DNA of 64,000 bases from Phycisphaerae bacterium (lineage in GTDB: Bacteria > Planctomycetota > Phycisphaerae > UBA1845), in the NCBI GenBank assembly GCA_035356615.1, contig DAOQSN010000013.1:28882-92881 (forward strand), in the 5' to 3' direction. The first letter of the stretch is position 1, and each line of letters starts with the position of its first letter. Shown here piece after piece: positions 27,620-37,260 of the stretch. The notes below the pieces were generated by a model. It was not told the DNA's origin, did no database searches, and was given only the letters and a program-made list of their open reading frames with translations. Both the position numbers and the translations under genes were made by a program.

Positions 27620-28600
27620 ATGACGAGGCATGGCGAGCAGGCGGTGAACTCACCGGTCGGCGGGCTCCAGGTGTTCGGGGGCTCCGCGAGTTCGGCGCTG
27701 ACCGACAAGGTGTGTCAGTACCTCAACCTGCCGCGGGGCAAGGCGAGCAGCAGTCACTTCCCGGACGGCGAGACGCTGATCAAGCTGGAAGACGACGTGC
27801 GCGGGCGCGACTGCTTCGTGATTCAGTCAACGTGTCCGCCGGTCAACGACAACCTGATGGAGTTGCTGATTTTCATCGACTCCCTGCGGCGAGCGAGCGC
27901 GCAGCGGATCACGGCCGTCATCCCGTACTACGGTTATGCCCGGCAGGACCGCAAGGCGGAGGGGCGCACGCCGATTACCGCCAAGCTGGTGGCCAACATG
28001 ATCGCGCAGGCGGGGGCGGACCGGGTGCTGGCGATGAACCTGCACGCGGACCAGATTCAGGGGTTCTTCGATCTGCCGGTGGACCACCTGACGGCCGCCC
28101 CGGTGCTCGCCAGGCACTGCCTGTCGCGGAAGATCCCGGACGCGGTGTTCGTGTCGCCGGACGTGGGGAATCTCAAGCTGGGCAACGACTTCGCGGCCCG
28201 GCTGGGGGCGGAACTGGCGGTCATCTACAAGCGGCGGTTGTCGGGTGACAAGACGACCGCGGTGAAACTGGTGGGTGACGTGGCGGGCAAGACGGCGGTG
28301 ATGTTCGACGACATGATCACGACGGCGGGCACGGTGGCGGAGGCGGCCCACCTGGTGCGGGCGCACGGTGCGCGGGCGATCTACGTCGGGGCGACGCACG
28401 GGTTGTTCGCCGGCCCGGCCTTGCAGCGCTTGCGCGAGGCGGAGCTGGCGGAGATCGTGGTCACCGATACGGTGCCGCTGCGCCCGGACGTGGCAGCGGG
28501 TTTGAAGAACCTGACGGTGTTGTCAGTGGCCGAGTTGATCGGAGAGGCGATCCGGCGGATTCACGAGCACCGATCCGTAAGTGCGTTGTTTGACAGATAG
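27620..28600 (+). CDS. prs: Ribose-phosphate pyrophosphokinase (PRPP synthetase)
   Basis: DCFVIQSTCPPVNDNLMELLIFIDSLRRASAQRITAVIPYYGYARQDRK is the family core, and DDMITTAGT is the PRPP-binding loop. The start was trimmed to the ATG at 27620. Confidence 0.92.
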   Translation: MTRHGEQAVNSPVGGLQVFGGSASSALTDKVCQYLNLPRGKASSSHFPDGETLIKLEDDVRGRDCFVIQSTCPPVNDNLMELLIFIDSLRRASAQRITAVIPYYGYARQDRKAEGRTPITAKLVANMIAQAGADRVLAMNLHADQIQGFFDLPVDHLTAAPVLARHCLSRKIPDAVFVSPDVGNLKLGNDFAARLGAELAVIYKRRLSGDKTTAVKLVGDVAGKTAVMFDDMITTAGTVAEAAHLVRAHGARAIYVGATHGLFAGPALQRLREAELAEIVVTDTVPLRPDVAAGLKNLTVLSVAELIGEAIRRIHEHRSVSALFDR

Positions 28601-28625
28601 GACGGACACACGTAAGGAACCGACG

Positions 28626-29297
28626 ATGGAAATGCTGACACTGAAGGCCGAGCCGCGCACGCCGGGAGGCACCCGGACGGCCCGCGCACTGCGCGAGAAG
28701 GGCTCCTTGCCGGCCATCATCTACGGACACCATGAACCGCCGGAGCCGGTGACGCTCCACGAACACGAGGTGGAGGTGGCCATCGGCCACGGGGCGCGCA
28801 CCCTGCAGGTTGAGTTGAACGGGGAGGTCAAGCAGTACCTGATCAAGGAAGTGCAGTACGATCATCTGGGCCTCGCGCCGATCCACATCGATCTGGCCCG
28901 CGTGGACATGCACGAGCGGGTGCGGGTCAAGGTGGCGATCGAGCTACGCGGGGTGCCCAAGGGGGTGGCCGAGGGCGGCATTCTGGAGCAGTTGCTGGGC
29001 GAGGTCGAGGTCGAGTGCCGCGTGACCGACATTCCCGAGACCCTGCGTCCGGTGGTGACGGACATGGAGTTGGGACACGTGTTGTGCGTAAAGGACGTCC
29101 AGCTTCCGCCGGGCGTGGTCGCAGTGACGCCGCCGGAAGATCGCGTCGCCGTGGTCAAGGCGCTGGTCGAGGCACCGGAGGCAGCCGCGCCGGCGGTGGA
29201 AGGCGAAGCGGCCGCTGCCGAGCCGGAACGGATCGGCCGGGTGCGACCGGAGGAGCCCGCGGAGGACGAGGGGCAGAAGGCCAAGAAGAAGGAGTAG
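28626..29297 (+). CDS. rplY: 50S ribosomal protein L25 / general stress protein Ctc
   Basis: The gene opens MEMLTLKAEPRTPGGTRTARALREKGSLPAIIYGH. A beta-barrel domain is followed by a Ctc-type C-terminal domain and an acidic/basic tail. Confidence 0.88.
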   Translation: MEMLTLKAEPRTPGGTRTARALREKGSLPAIIYGHHEPPEPVTLHEHEVEVAIGHGARTLQVELNGEVKQYLIKEVQYDHLGLAPIHIDLARVDMHERVRVKVAIELRGVPKGVAEGGILEQLLGEVEVECRVTDIPETLRPVVTDMELGHVLCVKDVQLPPGVVAVTPPEDRVAVVKALVEAPEAAAPAVEGEAAAAEPERIGRVRPEEPAEDEGQKAKKKE

Positions 29298-29335
29298 CGG
29301 AACGAGCGGCGACGCGGTCGACCGGTTGAGCAGGC

Positions 29336-29905
29336 GTGAAGCTGATCGTGGGTCTGGGCAATCCTGGTCCGCAGTATGCGGAGACGCGGCACAACGTGGG
29401 TTTCCGCGTGGTGGACGTGCTGGCCCGGCAGGGCGGCATCAGCCTGGCGAGCGAGAAGTTTCACGGCTGGTTCGGGCAGGGGAGGCTCGCGGGTCAGCCG
29501 GTGGTGCTGCTGAAGCCGACGACGTTTATGAACCGCAGCGGACGGGCGGTGCTGGCCGCGGGGCAGTTTTACAAGTTGTCGTTTGAGGACCTGCTGGTCG
29601 TGGCCGACGACCTGGCGTTGCCGGTGGGGCGACTTCGCCTGCGAGCGCTGGGGTCCGCCGGCGGTCACAATGGCCTGCAGGACATCATCGACATGCTGGG
29701 CAGTGAGCAGTGGTGTCGTCTGCGGGTGGGAATCGGGACGGCCGTGGGCGACGCGACCGGCTACGTGCTGGGGCGGTTTGCGGAGGACGAGCAGCCGCTC
29801 ATCGAGGCCGCCTGGGAGCGGGCGGCGGAGGCGGTGTGTTGCTGGATCGAGCACGGGCCACAGGCGGCGATGAACCGCTTCAACGCGGGCGATGACCGCA
29901 AGTAA
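29336..29905 (+). CDS. pth: Peptidyl-tRNA hydrolase
   Basis: The GTG start gives MKLIVGLGNPGPQYAETRHNVGF. The motifs GGHNGLQDI and RLRVGIG are also present. Confidence 0.92.
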   Translation: MKLIVGLGNPGPQYAETRHNVGFRVVDVLARQGGISLASEKFHGWFGQGRLAGQPVVLLKPTTFMNRSGRAVLAAGQFYKLSFEDLLVVADDLALPVGRLRLRALGSAGGHNGLQDIIDMLGSEQWCRLRVGIGTAVGDATGYVLGRFAEDEQPLIEAAWERAAEAVCCWIEHGPQAAMNRFNAGDDRK

Positions 29906-29944
29906 CCGGACGGGCGAGGGACCCTGAGCAGGAGTGAACCGACG

Positions 29945-30526
29945 TTGAACCAATACGAAGCGATGTTTCTGTTTGATCCGACCTTCGGCGCGTCGTTTGA
30001 GGCGTGTGAAGGGGAGATCCGGCGGTTGATGGAGCGCGTCGGCGCGGAGATCGTGTTCTGCCGTCGGTGGGATGAGCGCCGGCTGGCGTACAAGATCAAG
30101 GGTCGCAAGCGCGGCGTGTACGTGCTGGTGTACTTCAAGGCGGGCCCCACCCGGATTGGCCAGCTCCATCGCGACGTGGAGATCTCGGAGAACGTGCTGC
30201 GGGCGCTGGTGTTGCGCGCGGATGCGGTGACGCCGGAGATGATGGAACGGGCGGCCGCCCTGCGTTCCGAGGCACGCGAGGGGGCGCCGGGCGGCGGCGA
30301 GGAGTCCGAGGGCGAGCGGTCGGGCGGTTTCCGGCGCGGGCGCCGGGAGGGCGGCGGTGACCGTGGCTCGGGCGGCGGGCGCGGGGACGGTCCGGGCCGG
30401 GAGCGCGGGGACGGCCCGGGCCGGGAACGCGGGGATGGCGCGGGTCGGGAACGCGGGGAAGCACCGCCGGTGGCTTCCCGGGAGGCCCCCGAGGCCGTTC
30501 CGGGTGCTGCCGACGAACAAGCGTAA
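29945..30526 (+). CDS. rpsF: 30S ribosomal protein S6 with a long Arg/Gly-rich repeat tail
   Basis: The TTG start gives MNQYEAMFLFDP...WDERRLAYKIKGRKRGVYVLVYF. The tail GDGPGRERGDGPGRERGDGAGRERGE is encoded by a 24-nt tandem repeat at 30380..30459. Confidence 0.85.
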   Translation: MNQYEAMFLFDPTFGASFEACEGEIRRLMERVGAEIVFCRRWDERRLAYKIKGRKRGVYVLVYFKAGPTRIGQLHRDVEISENVLRALVLRADAVTPEMMERAAALRSEAREGAPGGGEESEGERSGGFRRGRREGGGDRGSGGGRGDGPGRERGDGPGRERGDGAGRERGEAPPVASREAPEAVPGAADEQA

Positions 30527-30565
30527 CGCCTGCCCCTCGCGGACGGGCGTTTGGGAGAGGGCGTC

Positions 30566-31042
30566 ATGGCGAGTTACAACCGCATTGTGCTGATGGGGAA
30601 CCTCACGCGTGATCCACAGCTCAGCTACACGCCGGCGAACGTGCCGGTCTGCAAGTTCGGAATCGCCACGAACCGGAAGTGGCGTGACCGTGACGGGGCG
30701 GACCGCGAAGACGTGTGCTTCATCGACTGCACCCTGTTCGGCAAGGGCGGCGAGGTCTTCAACCAGTACATGAGCAAGGGGCGGTCGGTGCTGATCGAAG
30801 GTCGCCTCCAGCTTGACCAGTGGACGACGCCGGAAGGCGAGAAGAAGAGCAAGCACCAGGTGCTGGTGGAGAACTTCACCTTCCTCGGCGACGGGCGGGG
30901 CAGCGGTGGCGGCGGTGGTGGTGGTCGGAGCGAGACCCGGGCGGGGACGGGTGCGGCGGCCGGCAGTCGCCGGGAAGCCCCGGTTCCGGATTACGATGAC
31001 GGCGGCGCGCCGCCACCGAATGACAACGACATTCCGTTTTGA
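30566..31042 (+). CDS. ssb: Single-stranded DNA-binding protein
   Basis: MASYNRIVLMGNLTRDPQLSYTPANVPVCKFGIATNRKW is the OB fold. It is followed by a Gly-rich linker and the acidic tip NDNDIPF. Confidence 0.9.
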   Translation: MASYNRIVLMGNLTRDPQLSYTPANVPVCKFGIATNRKWRDRDGADREDVCFIDCTLFGKGGEVFNQYMSKGRSVLIEGRLQLDQWTTPEGEKKSKHQVLVENFTFLGDGRGSGGGGGGGRSETRAGTGAAAGSRREAPVPDYDDGGAPPPNDNDIPF

Positions 31043-31096
31043 GCGAGCGGCGGCTCGGGTAGAAATGAGACTGATTCAACGGCAGGGACCTGCATT

Positions 31097-31663
31097 ATGA
31101 AAGTGCTGCTGCGACGGACGGTGCCGAACCTGGGGATCGTGGGCGACGTGGTCGAGGTTTCGGCGGGTTATGCGCGGAATTACCTCTTGCCGGAGCGACT
31201 GGCCATCGAACCGACGGAGGCGAACATCAGGCAACTGGCCGAGGCCCGGCGGGTGGCCGAGCTGGAACGGGCGGCGGAGCGGGCCCGCATGGAGGGCGTG
31301 GCGCAGCGGCTGGCGGAACTGGAAGTGACGATCCCGGTCAAGGCCAACGCGGAGGGCGTGCTGTACGGGTCGGTCGGGCCGCGCGAGATCGCGGCCGCGC
31401 TCAATGCCGAGGGGCACGACGTAACGGCCGAGCAGGTCGTGCTGAAGACGCCGATTCGCCACCTCGACAACGTGAAGGTGGAGGTGAAGCTGCTTCCCGA
31501 GGTGGTGGCGACGGTGAAGGTCTGGGTAGTGCGCGAGCGTGGGGAGGAGGCGGGCGCGACGGAGGAGCCGCCGGCCGAGGGGCAGCCCGCGGCCAAGTCG
31601 GAGCACCCCGAGAAGGTCGAGCCGCACGGCGGCAAGGCACGCAAGCGACACGAGGAGGAGTAG
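31097..31663 (+). CDS. rplI: 50S ribosomal protein L9
   Basis: The gene opens MKVLLRRTVPNLGIVGDVVEVSAGYARNYLLP and has an extended charged C-terminus. Confidence 0.88.
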   Translation: MKVLLRRTVPNLGIVGDVVEVSAGYARNYLLPERLAIEPTEANIRQLAEARRVAELERAAERARMEGVAQRLAELEVTIPVKANAEGVLYGSVGPREIAAALNAEGHDVTAEQVVLKTPIRHLDNVKVEVKLLPEVVATVKVWVVRERGEEAGATEEPPAEGQPAAKSEHPEKVEPHGGKARKRHEEE

Positions 31664-31783
31664 CGCGGCAGCGCCGCCCGCGTCCGACGCCGCGAGGGTG
31701 ACAGGCCCACGCGGCCGGCGCCTGCCGGCTGGCGCAAACCGCACCGTATACGATGCTGCCGTTAGACCGCTCGACGCGGGAGG

Positions 31784-31814
31784 GGCATGGCGGCGCTGCG
31801 CTTGGCCATGCCAC
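31784..31814. repeat. R1 hairpin repeat, single copy
   Basis: The sequence ggcatggcggcgctgcgcttggccatgccac lies between rplI and dnaB. Confidence 0.8.
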
Positions 31815-31892
31815 CCTGCTCCTGTCCCCCGGGGTCGCCGGTCCCGTCGCCGTCGTGGGACAGAAGCGCGGTGGGCAAGGAGGCGTAAGCAG

Positions 31893-33314
31893 ATGACCAC
31901 GGCCGGGACGATGCGACCGGGACCGACACCGCCGGTGGCCGGGGAGCGCAAGCCGCCGCAGGACCTCGACGCGGAGCGTGCCCTGCTCGGCTCGATGCTG
32001 ATGAGCCGGGACGCCATCGGCGACGTGGTCACCATCATTTCGCGCAGCGAGAGCGCGTGGTTCTACCTGCCGGCCCACCAACGCATCTTCGAGATCCTTC
32101 TCGACCTTTATGAAGACCCGAGCAAGCCGATCGACCTGATCGTGATGCGCGAGGAGCTGCGGCGGCGCGAGTTGCTGGAGGAAATCGGCGGGGTTGACTA
32201 CCTGGTGCAACTCGCGGAGAGCTTCGCGGACTGGGCGAACGCCGAGCACTACGCACGGCTCGTCCGCGGCAAGGGCATGCTGCGGGACCTGATTCGCTGC
32301 GTGGGGGAAATCAACGACCTGGCCTATGCCGGTCTGGCCGAACCCGGCGAGATTCTCGAGGAATCGGAGCAGCGGTTCTTCGCCGTCGCGGAACGGCGCG
32401 TGTCCGGGCAGGCGGTGCCGATTCGGGAGCCGCTACGGCGGCTGGCCCAGCAGATCGAACGCCATGACCAGGGAATCATCACCGGGCTGGGGACGGGGTT
32501 CGTCAATCTGGATCAACTTACGACGGGTTTTCAGCGCGGCGACCTGGTGATCGTCGCGGGTCGGCCGTCGATGGGCAAGACGGCGCTGGGGCTGACCATC
32601 GCGCATCACGCGGCCGTGCGCGACCGGACGCCCGTGGTGTTCTTCTCGCTGGAGATGAGCGTGGACCAGCTCGCGCAGCGGCTGCTGTGCGCGGAGGCGC
32701 ATTTCGACATGCAGCGTCTGCGCCGGCGGATGCTGTCGGAGGAGGACGTGCGTGATCTGCTGGGCGCGTGCGATGAGCTGGACAAGGCGCCGCTGTACGT
32801 GGACGACACGCCGGGGATGACGCCGCTGGAGTTGCGTGCCAAGGCGCGCCGGCTCAAGCAGCGCCATGACATCCAGGCGGTGTTCGTGGATTACCTGCAA
32901 CTCATGCATCTGCCGGGAGCGGAGAGCCGGCAGGTCGAGATCGCCACGATCAGCCGTCATCTCAAGAGCCTGGCGCGGGAGTTGAAGGTCCCGGTGATCG
33001 CGATGGCCCAGCTCAACCGCAAGCCGGCCGACCGCAAGGACAACCGCCCGATGATGAGCGACCTGCGTGAGTCGGGCGCCATTGAGCAGGACGCCGACGT
33101 GATCCTGCTGCTGCACCGCGAGGAGTACTACGAGTACGACCCGCAGAAGCGCGAGGAGGTGAAGGGGCAGGCGGAGCTCATCATCGCCAAGCAGCGCAAC
33201 GGGCCGACGGACGTCGTGCCGCTGCACTTCCATAAGTCATTTGCGATCTTCACGCCGGCCGCGGTGGAAGCCGAGCCGCCGCCGGGTACCTACCGCGACG
33301 ACGCGCCGTTCTGA
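31893..33314 (+). CDS. dnaB: Replicative DNA helicase
   Basis: The ATG at 31893 is preceded by AAGGAGG. AERALLGSMLM, Walker A AGRPSMGKTALGL, FSLEMS, DYLQLM and LRESGAIEQDADVILLLHR are present. Confidence 0.92.
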   Translation: MTTAGTMRPGPTPPVAGERKPPQDLDAERALLGSMLMSRDAIGDVVTIISRSESAWFYLPAHQRIFEILLDLYEDPSKPIDLIVMREELRRRELLEEIGGVDYLVQLAESFADWANAEHYARLVRGKGMLRDLIRCVGEINDLAYAGLAEPGEILEESEQRFFAVAERRVSGQAVPIREPLRRLAQQIERHDQGIITGLGTGFVNLDQLTTGFQRGDLVIVAGRPSMGKTALGLTIAHHAAVRDRTPVVFFSLEMSVDQLAQRLLCAEAHFDMQRLRRRMLSEEDVRDLLGACDELDKAPLYVDDTPGMTPLELRAKARRLKQRHDIQAVFVDYLQLMHLPGAESRQVEIATISRHLKSLARELKVPVIAMAQLNRKPADRKDNRPMMSDLRESGAIEQDADVILLLHREEYYEYDPQKREEVKGQAELIIAKQRNGPTDVVPLHFHKSFAIFTPAAVEAEPPPGTYRDDAPF

Positions 33315-33541
33315 GAGTGCCTTTGGCACGCGGCCTCCTGTTGTCGAACTCGCGATTGCGCGGCCGAAGCCGCACGGGCCGGCGGGCGGGGACGCGTCGG
33401 TGTCGACCAGGGGGAGCCGCGCGGGCTCGACGCGTTCCGTGCGGTGGGGGCCATACCTGTCTGTGACTGCGGATGGGTTGGGCGTTCTTCGCGTGACGGG
33501 CGAGCATTCTGAGGCATCCGGTGGGCCTCATCACCACGCCC

Positions 33542-33579
33542 GCCCTCACCCCTACCCCTCTCCCGAGGGGAGAGGGGTT
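33542..33579. repeat. R2 hairpin repeat copy
   Basis: The sequence is gccctcacccctacccctctcccgaggggagaggggtt. Confidence 0.75.
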
Positions 33580-33871
33580 CACTGGCCACACGCTTGGTCT
33601 TGGCGGGCGCGGGTGAGGGGACGGCACCCAGGCACGGTGGCGTGGCCCACGCGCGGTGGCGCGACCCATGTGCGGCGGGCGGGTGCGGGGCGAATCTTGT
33701 AGAGGCCGGCTCCCCTTTGTCCGATAACAAATCCCAGACGGGGACGCGCGGGACGATTCCCCGCGGGCGGGCAAGGCCGAACGATGCCCGCGTTGATCAT
33801 CGCCCGCTCCCTAACGGTCGCGGTTCGGATCGGCGGCGCGGGATGGCGCCCGGTGCTACAGGGGACAGCGC

Positions 33872-34981
33872 ATGGTGAACGTAGGTCTGGTGGGTGCGGG
33901 TCCGTGGGGCAGGAACCTGGCACGGAATATCGCGGAGGGGGAGCAGACGGTGCTGGCGGCCGGGTGCGACACGGACGCTGCCGCCCGGCGGGCGCTGGCG
34001 AAGTCGTATCCCGCCGCGCGGGTGTACGAGACGTTCGAGCAGCTCCTGGCACACCGCGACCTTCAGGCGGTGGTGATCGCCACGCCGTCACGGCTTCACT
34101 GCGAGCAAACCCGGCAGGCCCTGGCGGCCGGCATGCACGTGCTCGTCGAGAAGCCGATGTGCATGACGGGCGTCGAGGCCGAGGCCCTGATCCGGCAGGC
34201 GGAGCAGGCCGGGCGGGTGCTGATGGTGGGGCACACGTTTCTGTACAGCAACTTGGTGCACGACGTGCGGCGGCGCGTTGTCTCGGGCGAACTGGGTGAG
34301 GTGCTGTGCATCTACGGACAGCGGCTTAACCTCGGGCGGGTGCGCAGCGACGTGGACGCGCTGTGGAACTTCGCGCCGCACGACATCTCGATCGCGTGCT
34401 ATCTGCTGGATGGCTGGCCGCGGAGCGTGAACGCGCGCGGCGCGTCGTTCGTGCAGTCGGCGCAGGGCGTGGCGGACGTGGCGTTCTTCCAGATGGATTT
34501 TGACGGGGGAGCGTTCGTCGGTGGGCACGTGTCGTGGCTGGATCCGCAGAAGGTGCGACGCATGGTCGTGGTGGGCAGCAGCAAGATGCTGGTCTACGAT
34601 GACATCGATACGGCGCACCACATCCAGATTTACGACAAGTCGGTGCAGTGCGACTTTCAGGGCTGCGCGACGGACTTCTCCGACTTCCGGACGCGGGTGC
34701 GGGCGGGCGATCTTGTGGTGCCGAACGTGCGGCTGATCGAGCCGCTCGGCGTGGAGATCACGCACTTTGCGGAGTGCATCCGGACCGGGGCGAGGCCGGT
34801 GAGCGACGGCGTGAACGGGCTGCGCGTGGTGAGCGTGCTGGAGGCGATGTCACGCTCCATGCGGCAGCGCGGGGCGCAGGTGGAGGTGGATTACGGAGCA
34901 TGGGGCCCGCGGGAAGCCGCCGCCGGCGCGCGAGAGGTCGCGGCGGCCGAGCCGGAGATGGTGGGGGCGGCCACGCAGTGA
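33872..34981 (+). CDS. Gfo/Idh/MocA-family NAD(P)-dependent sugar oxidoreductase
   Basis: The Rossmann start is MVNVGLVGAGPWGRNLARN, with the typical EKPM motif in VLVEKPMC. The C-terminal alpha/beta dimerisation domain is present. Confidence 0.85.
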   Translation: MVNVGLVGAGPWGRNLARNIAEGEQTVLAAGCDTDAAARRALAKSYPAARVYETFEQLLAHRDLQAVVIATPSRLHCEQTRQALAAGMHVLVEKPMCMTGVEAEALIRQAEQAGRVLMVGHTFLYSNLVHDVRRRVVSGELGEVLCIYGQRLNLGRVRSDVDALWNFAPHDISIACYLLDGWPRSVNARGASFVQSAQGVADVAFFQMDFDGGAFVGGHVSWLDPQKVRRMVVVGSSKMLVYDDIDTAHHIQIYDKSVQCDFQGCATDFSDFRTRVRAGDLVVPNVRLIEPLGVEITHFAECIRTGARPVSDGVNGLRVVSVLEAMSRSMRQRGAQVEVDYGAWGPREAAAGAREVAAAEPEMVGAATQ

Positions 34982-34982
34982 A

Positions 34983-35092
34983 GAGCGAATGGCGAATAGC
35001 GAATAGCGAATGAAGGCGTGGCGGGTTTCACCCGCTGCGATGTAGGGCGGGTTCTACCCGCCGAAGTGTAGGGCGGGTTTTACCCGCCGCGG
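34983..35092. repeat. Composite intergenic mosaic element, copy 2 (gagcgaatggcgaatagcgaatagcgaatgaagg + 3 tandem 25-nt gtagggcgggtt(c/t)tacccgcc units)
   Basis: It starts at the oxidoreductase stop. The units at 35018.., 35042..35065 and 35067..35090 were read directly. Confidence 0.8.
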
Positions 35093-35189
35093 AGGTGGAC
35101 CGGGTTTCGGGCCCAGTGGACCGCCCGGCGGGCGGAGCCCGCCCTACGATGGCGGGGCGGCATGGGGCGGACGTTACGGGTGACAGGGA

Positions 35190-36035
35190 ATGACCACGGC
35201 CGTGAATCGACGGATTGCATTCTTCGGCGGTAAGCCGTTGTCGGCGCGTTGCCTGCGCCATCTCTACGAGTTCCACCGGCGGGGAGAGATCGAGATTGTG
35301 GCCGTGCTGACGCGGGGGAAAGGGGAGCGCGGCTGGTGGTCGGGCCCCGGCGTGCCGGAGATGTACGAGACGGCCGAGGAGCTGGGGCTGCGGTTGCTGA
35401 CGCACGCGGATGAGCTGTTGGAAATGCCGGTGGACCTGGGTCTGTCGGTCCTGCATTACTGTATTCTGCCGGCGCGGATCGTGGGCCATCCGCGGCATGG
35501 GTTTCTCAACCTGCACTGCGCGCCGTTGCCGCACTACCGCGGCTGCAACGTCGGCTCGCACGCGATTCTCAACGGTGAGGCGCGTTTCGGCGCGACACTG
35601 CACTACATGGACGAGAAGCCGGACCACGGACCGGTGATCGCCGTGGAGTGGTTTGACATCCCGCCGCAGGCGACCGCGCGCGAGTTGATGACGTTGACCG
35701 AGGAGGCCGCGTACCGGCTCTTCGTGGCGCGAGTGCCAGCCCTGCTGGCCAATGACCTGTGCGGCGAGCCGCAGGAGCGGATCATCGCGCGCGAGCGGAT
35801 CGTGTCCTACTATTACCCGCGCACGTCGCTGGCACGGCCGGGGATGAAGGAAGTGGATTTGCACTGGCCGGCGGAGAAGATTCTGCGGCACGTGCGGGCC
35901 CTGGATTTCCCACCGTTTGAGCCGGCGTATGCACTGCTGGACGGACGGAAAGTGTATTTGAGTATGAGCTACCGCGGGGCGGAGCCGATCGTGTCGACCG
36001 CGCCCGTGGTGGCCGTGAGCGCAACCCATGCGTAA
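35190..36035 (+). CDS. Formyltransferase-family protein (Fmt/ArnA-N-like sugar N-formyltransferase candidate)
   Basis: HGFLNLHCAPLPHYRGCN corresponds to the N-x-H...LP.yRG catalytic motif of the formyl_trans_N family, and a following D lies in HYMDEKPDHGPVI. There is no tRNA-binding C-terminal domain. Confidence 0.75.
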   Translation: MTTAVNRRIAFFGGKPLSARCLRHLYEFHRRGEIEIVAVLTRGKGERGWWSGPGVPEMYETAEELGLRLLTHADELLEMPVDLGLSVLHYCILPARIVGHPRHGFLNLHCAPLPHYRGCNVGSHAILNGEARFGATLHYMDEKPDHGPVIAVEWFDIPPQATARELMTLTEEAAYRLFVARVPALLANDLCGEPQERIIARERIVSYYYPRTSLARPGMKEVDLHWPAEKILRHVRALDFPPFEPAYALLDGRKVYLSMSYRGAEPIVSTAPVVAVSATHA

Positions 36036-37176
36036 GAGCGGCGAGTCGGTACCTTTGTCGGACCTGAAGGCGCAGTACCGGGCCTTGCAGGCGGAGTTGG
36101 ATGAGGCGGTGCGCGAAGTAGTCGAGTCCTGCCGGTTCATCGGCGGGCCGGCAGTCGAGGGCTTCGCCCGCGAGTATGCCGCGTATTGCGGCGTGCAGCA
36201 TGCCATTCCCTGCGCCAACGGCACGGAGGCAGTGCGGCTGGCCCTCGTCGGCGTGCTGGGGCCGGGGGACGGCTCGGGCGAGGTCATCACCGTCTCGCAC
36301 ACGTTCGCGGCGACGGCGGAGGCGATCGTAGCGGCCGGGTACCGACCCGTGCTCGTCGATGTCGACCCGCATACGTTTCTGATGGACCTGCGGGCGGTCG
36401 AGGCCGCGCGCACCAGCAACACGGTGGCCGTCGTCCCCGTGCACCTGTACGGGCACATGGTGGACGTGGAGCAGCTTCGGGACTGGGCGGACCGCTACCG
36501 GATTGCCGTGATCGAGGACGCGGCGCAAGCCCACGGGGCGCGGATGAACGGCATGGGGCCGGGCCAACGCAGCCACGCGGCCGCGTTCAGCTTCTTCCCC
36601 GGCAAGAACCTCGGTGCCTGGGGCGACGCCGGCGCGGTGGTTACCGACGACGGTCCCACGGCCCGGCGGATCAGCCAGCTTGTGGACCACGGGCGGGGCG
36701 ACAAGTACAGCCACGCGCGCATCGGCTGCAACGCCCGCATGGATGCGCTCCAGGCGGCCGTGCTGCGCGTGAAGCTGCCGCACCTGGACCGCTGGAATAG
36801 CGCCCGCCGGCAGGTGGCACGCTGGTACGAGGAGTTACTGGGCGAGGTCGGCGGTTGCGTGACGCCCGCCCTGATGCCCGGGGCGCAGCACGTGTACCAC
36901 CAGTATGTCATTCAAGTGGAGCACCGCGACGAGGTGCAACAGGCGCTCAACGCGCAGGGCATCGCCACGGGCATCCACTACCCCATCCCCGTGCATGAGC
37001 AGCCGGCGTTTGCGTACCTGGGCATCCGACCCGACGATCTGCCGATCACGCACGGCCTGTGCCGGCACATTCTCTCGCTGCCCGTCTTCCCTGAACTGAC
37101 GCAGGCGCAGGTGGAACGGGTGTCCACGGCGTTGAGCGAAGCCCTCGGAGTAACAACCGGGGCGGGCGCCCGGTGA
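36028..37176 (+). CDS. DegT/DnrJ/EryC1/StrS-family PLP-dependent sugar aminotransferase
   Basis: FIGGPAVEGFAREYAAY, IEDAAQAHGA and FSFFPGKNLGAWGDAGAVVTDD (PLP lysine) are present. The gene overlaps the formyltransferase by 8 nt. Confidence 0.88.
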   Translation: MRKSGESVPLSDLKAQYRALQAELDEAVREVVESCRFIGGPAVEGFAREYAAYCGVQHAIPCANGTEAVRLALVGVLGPGDGSGEVITVSHTFAATAEAIVAAGYRPVLVDVDPHTFLMDLRAVEAARTSNTVAVVPVHLYGHMVDVEQLRDWADRYRIAVIEDAAQAHGARMNGMGPGQRSHAAAFSFFPGKNLGAWGDAGAVVTDDGPTARRISQLVDHGRGDKYSHARIGCNARMDALQAAVLRVKLPHLDRWNSARRQVARWYEELLGEVGGCVTPALMPGAQHVYHQYVIQVEHRDEVQQALNAQGIATGIHYPIPVHEQPAFAYLGIRPDDLPITHGLCRHILSLPVFPELTQAQVERVSTALSEALGVTTGAGAR

Positions 37177-37260
37177 GGGCGCGTGGTTCCCTGACGGCGT
37201 GCCCGTCGCGCCGCAAGCGCCGGTGATTCGAGTGTCCGCGAGACCGCTGTGTTCTTGTCC

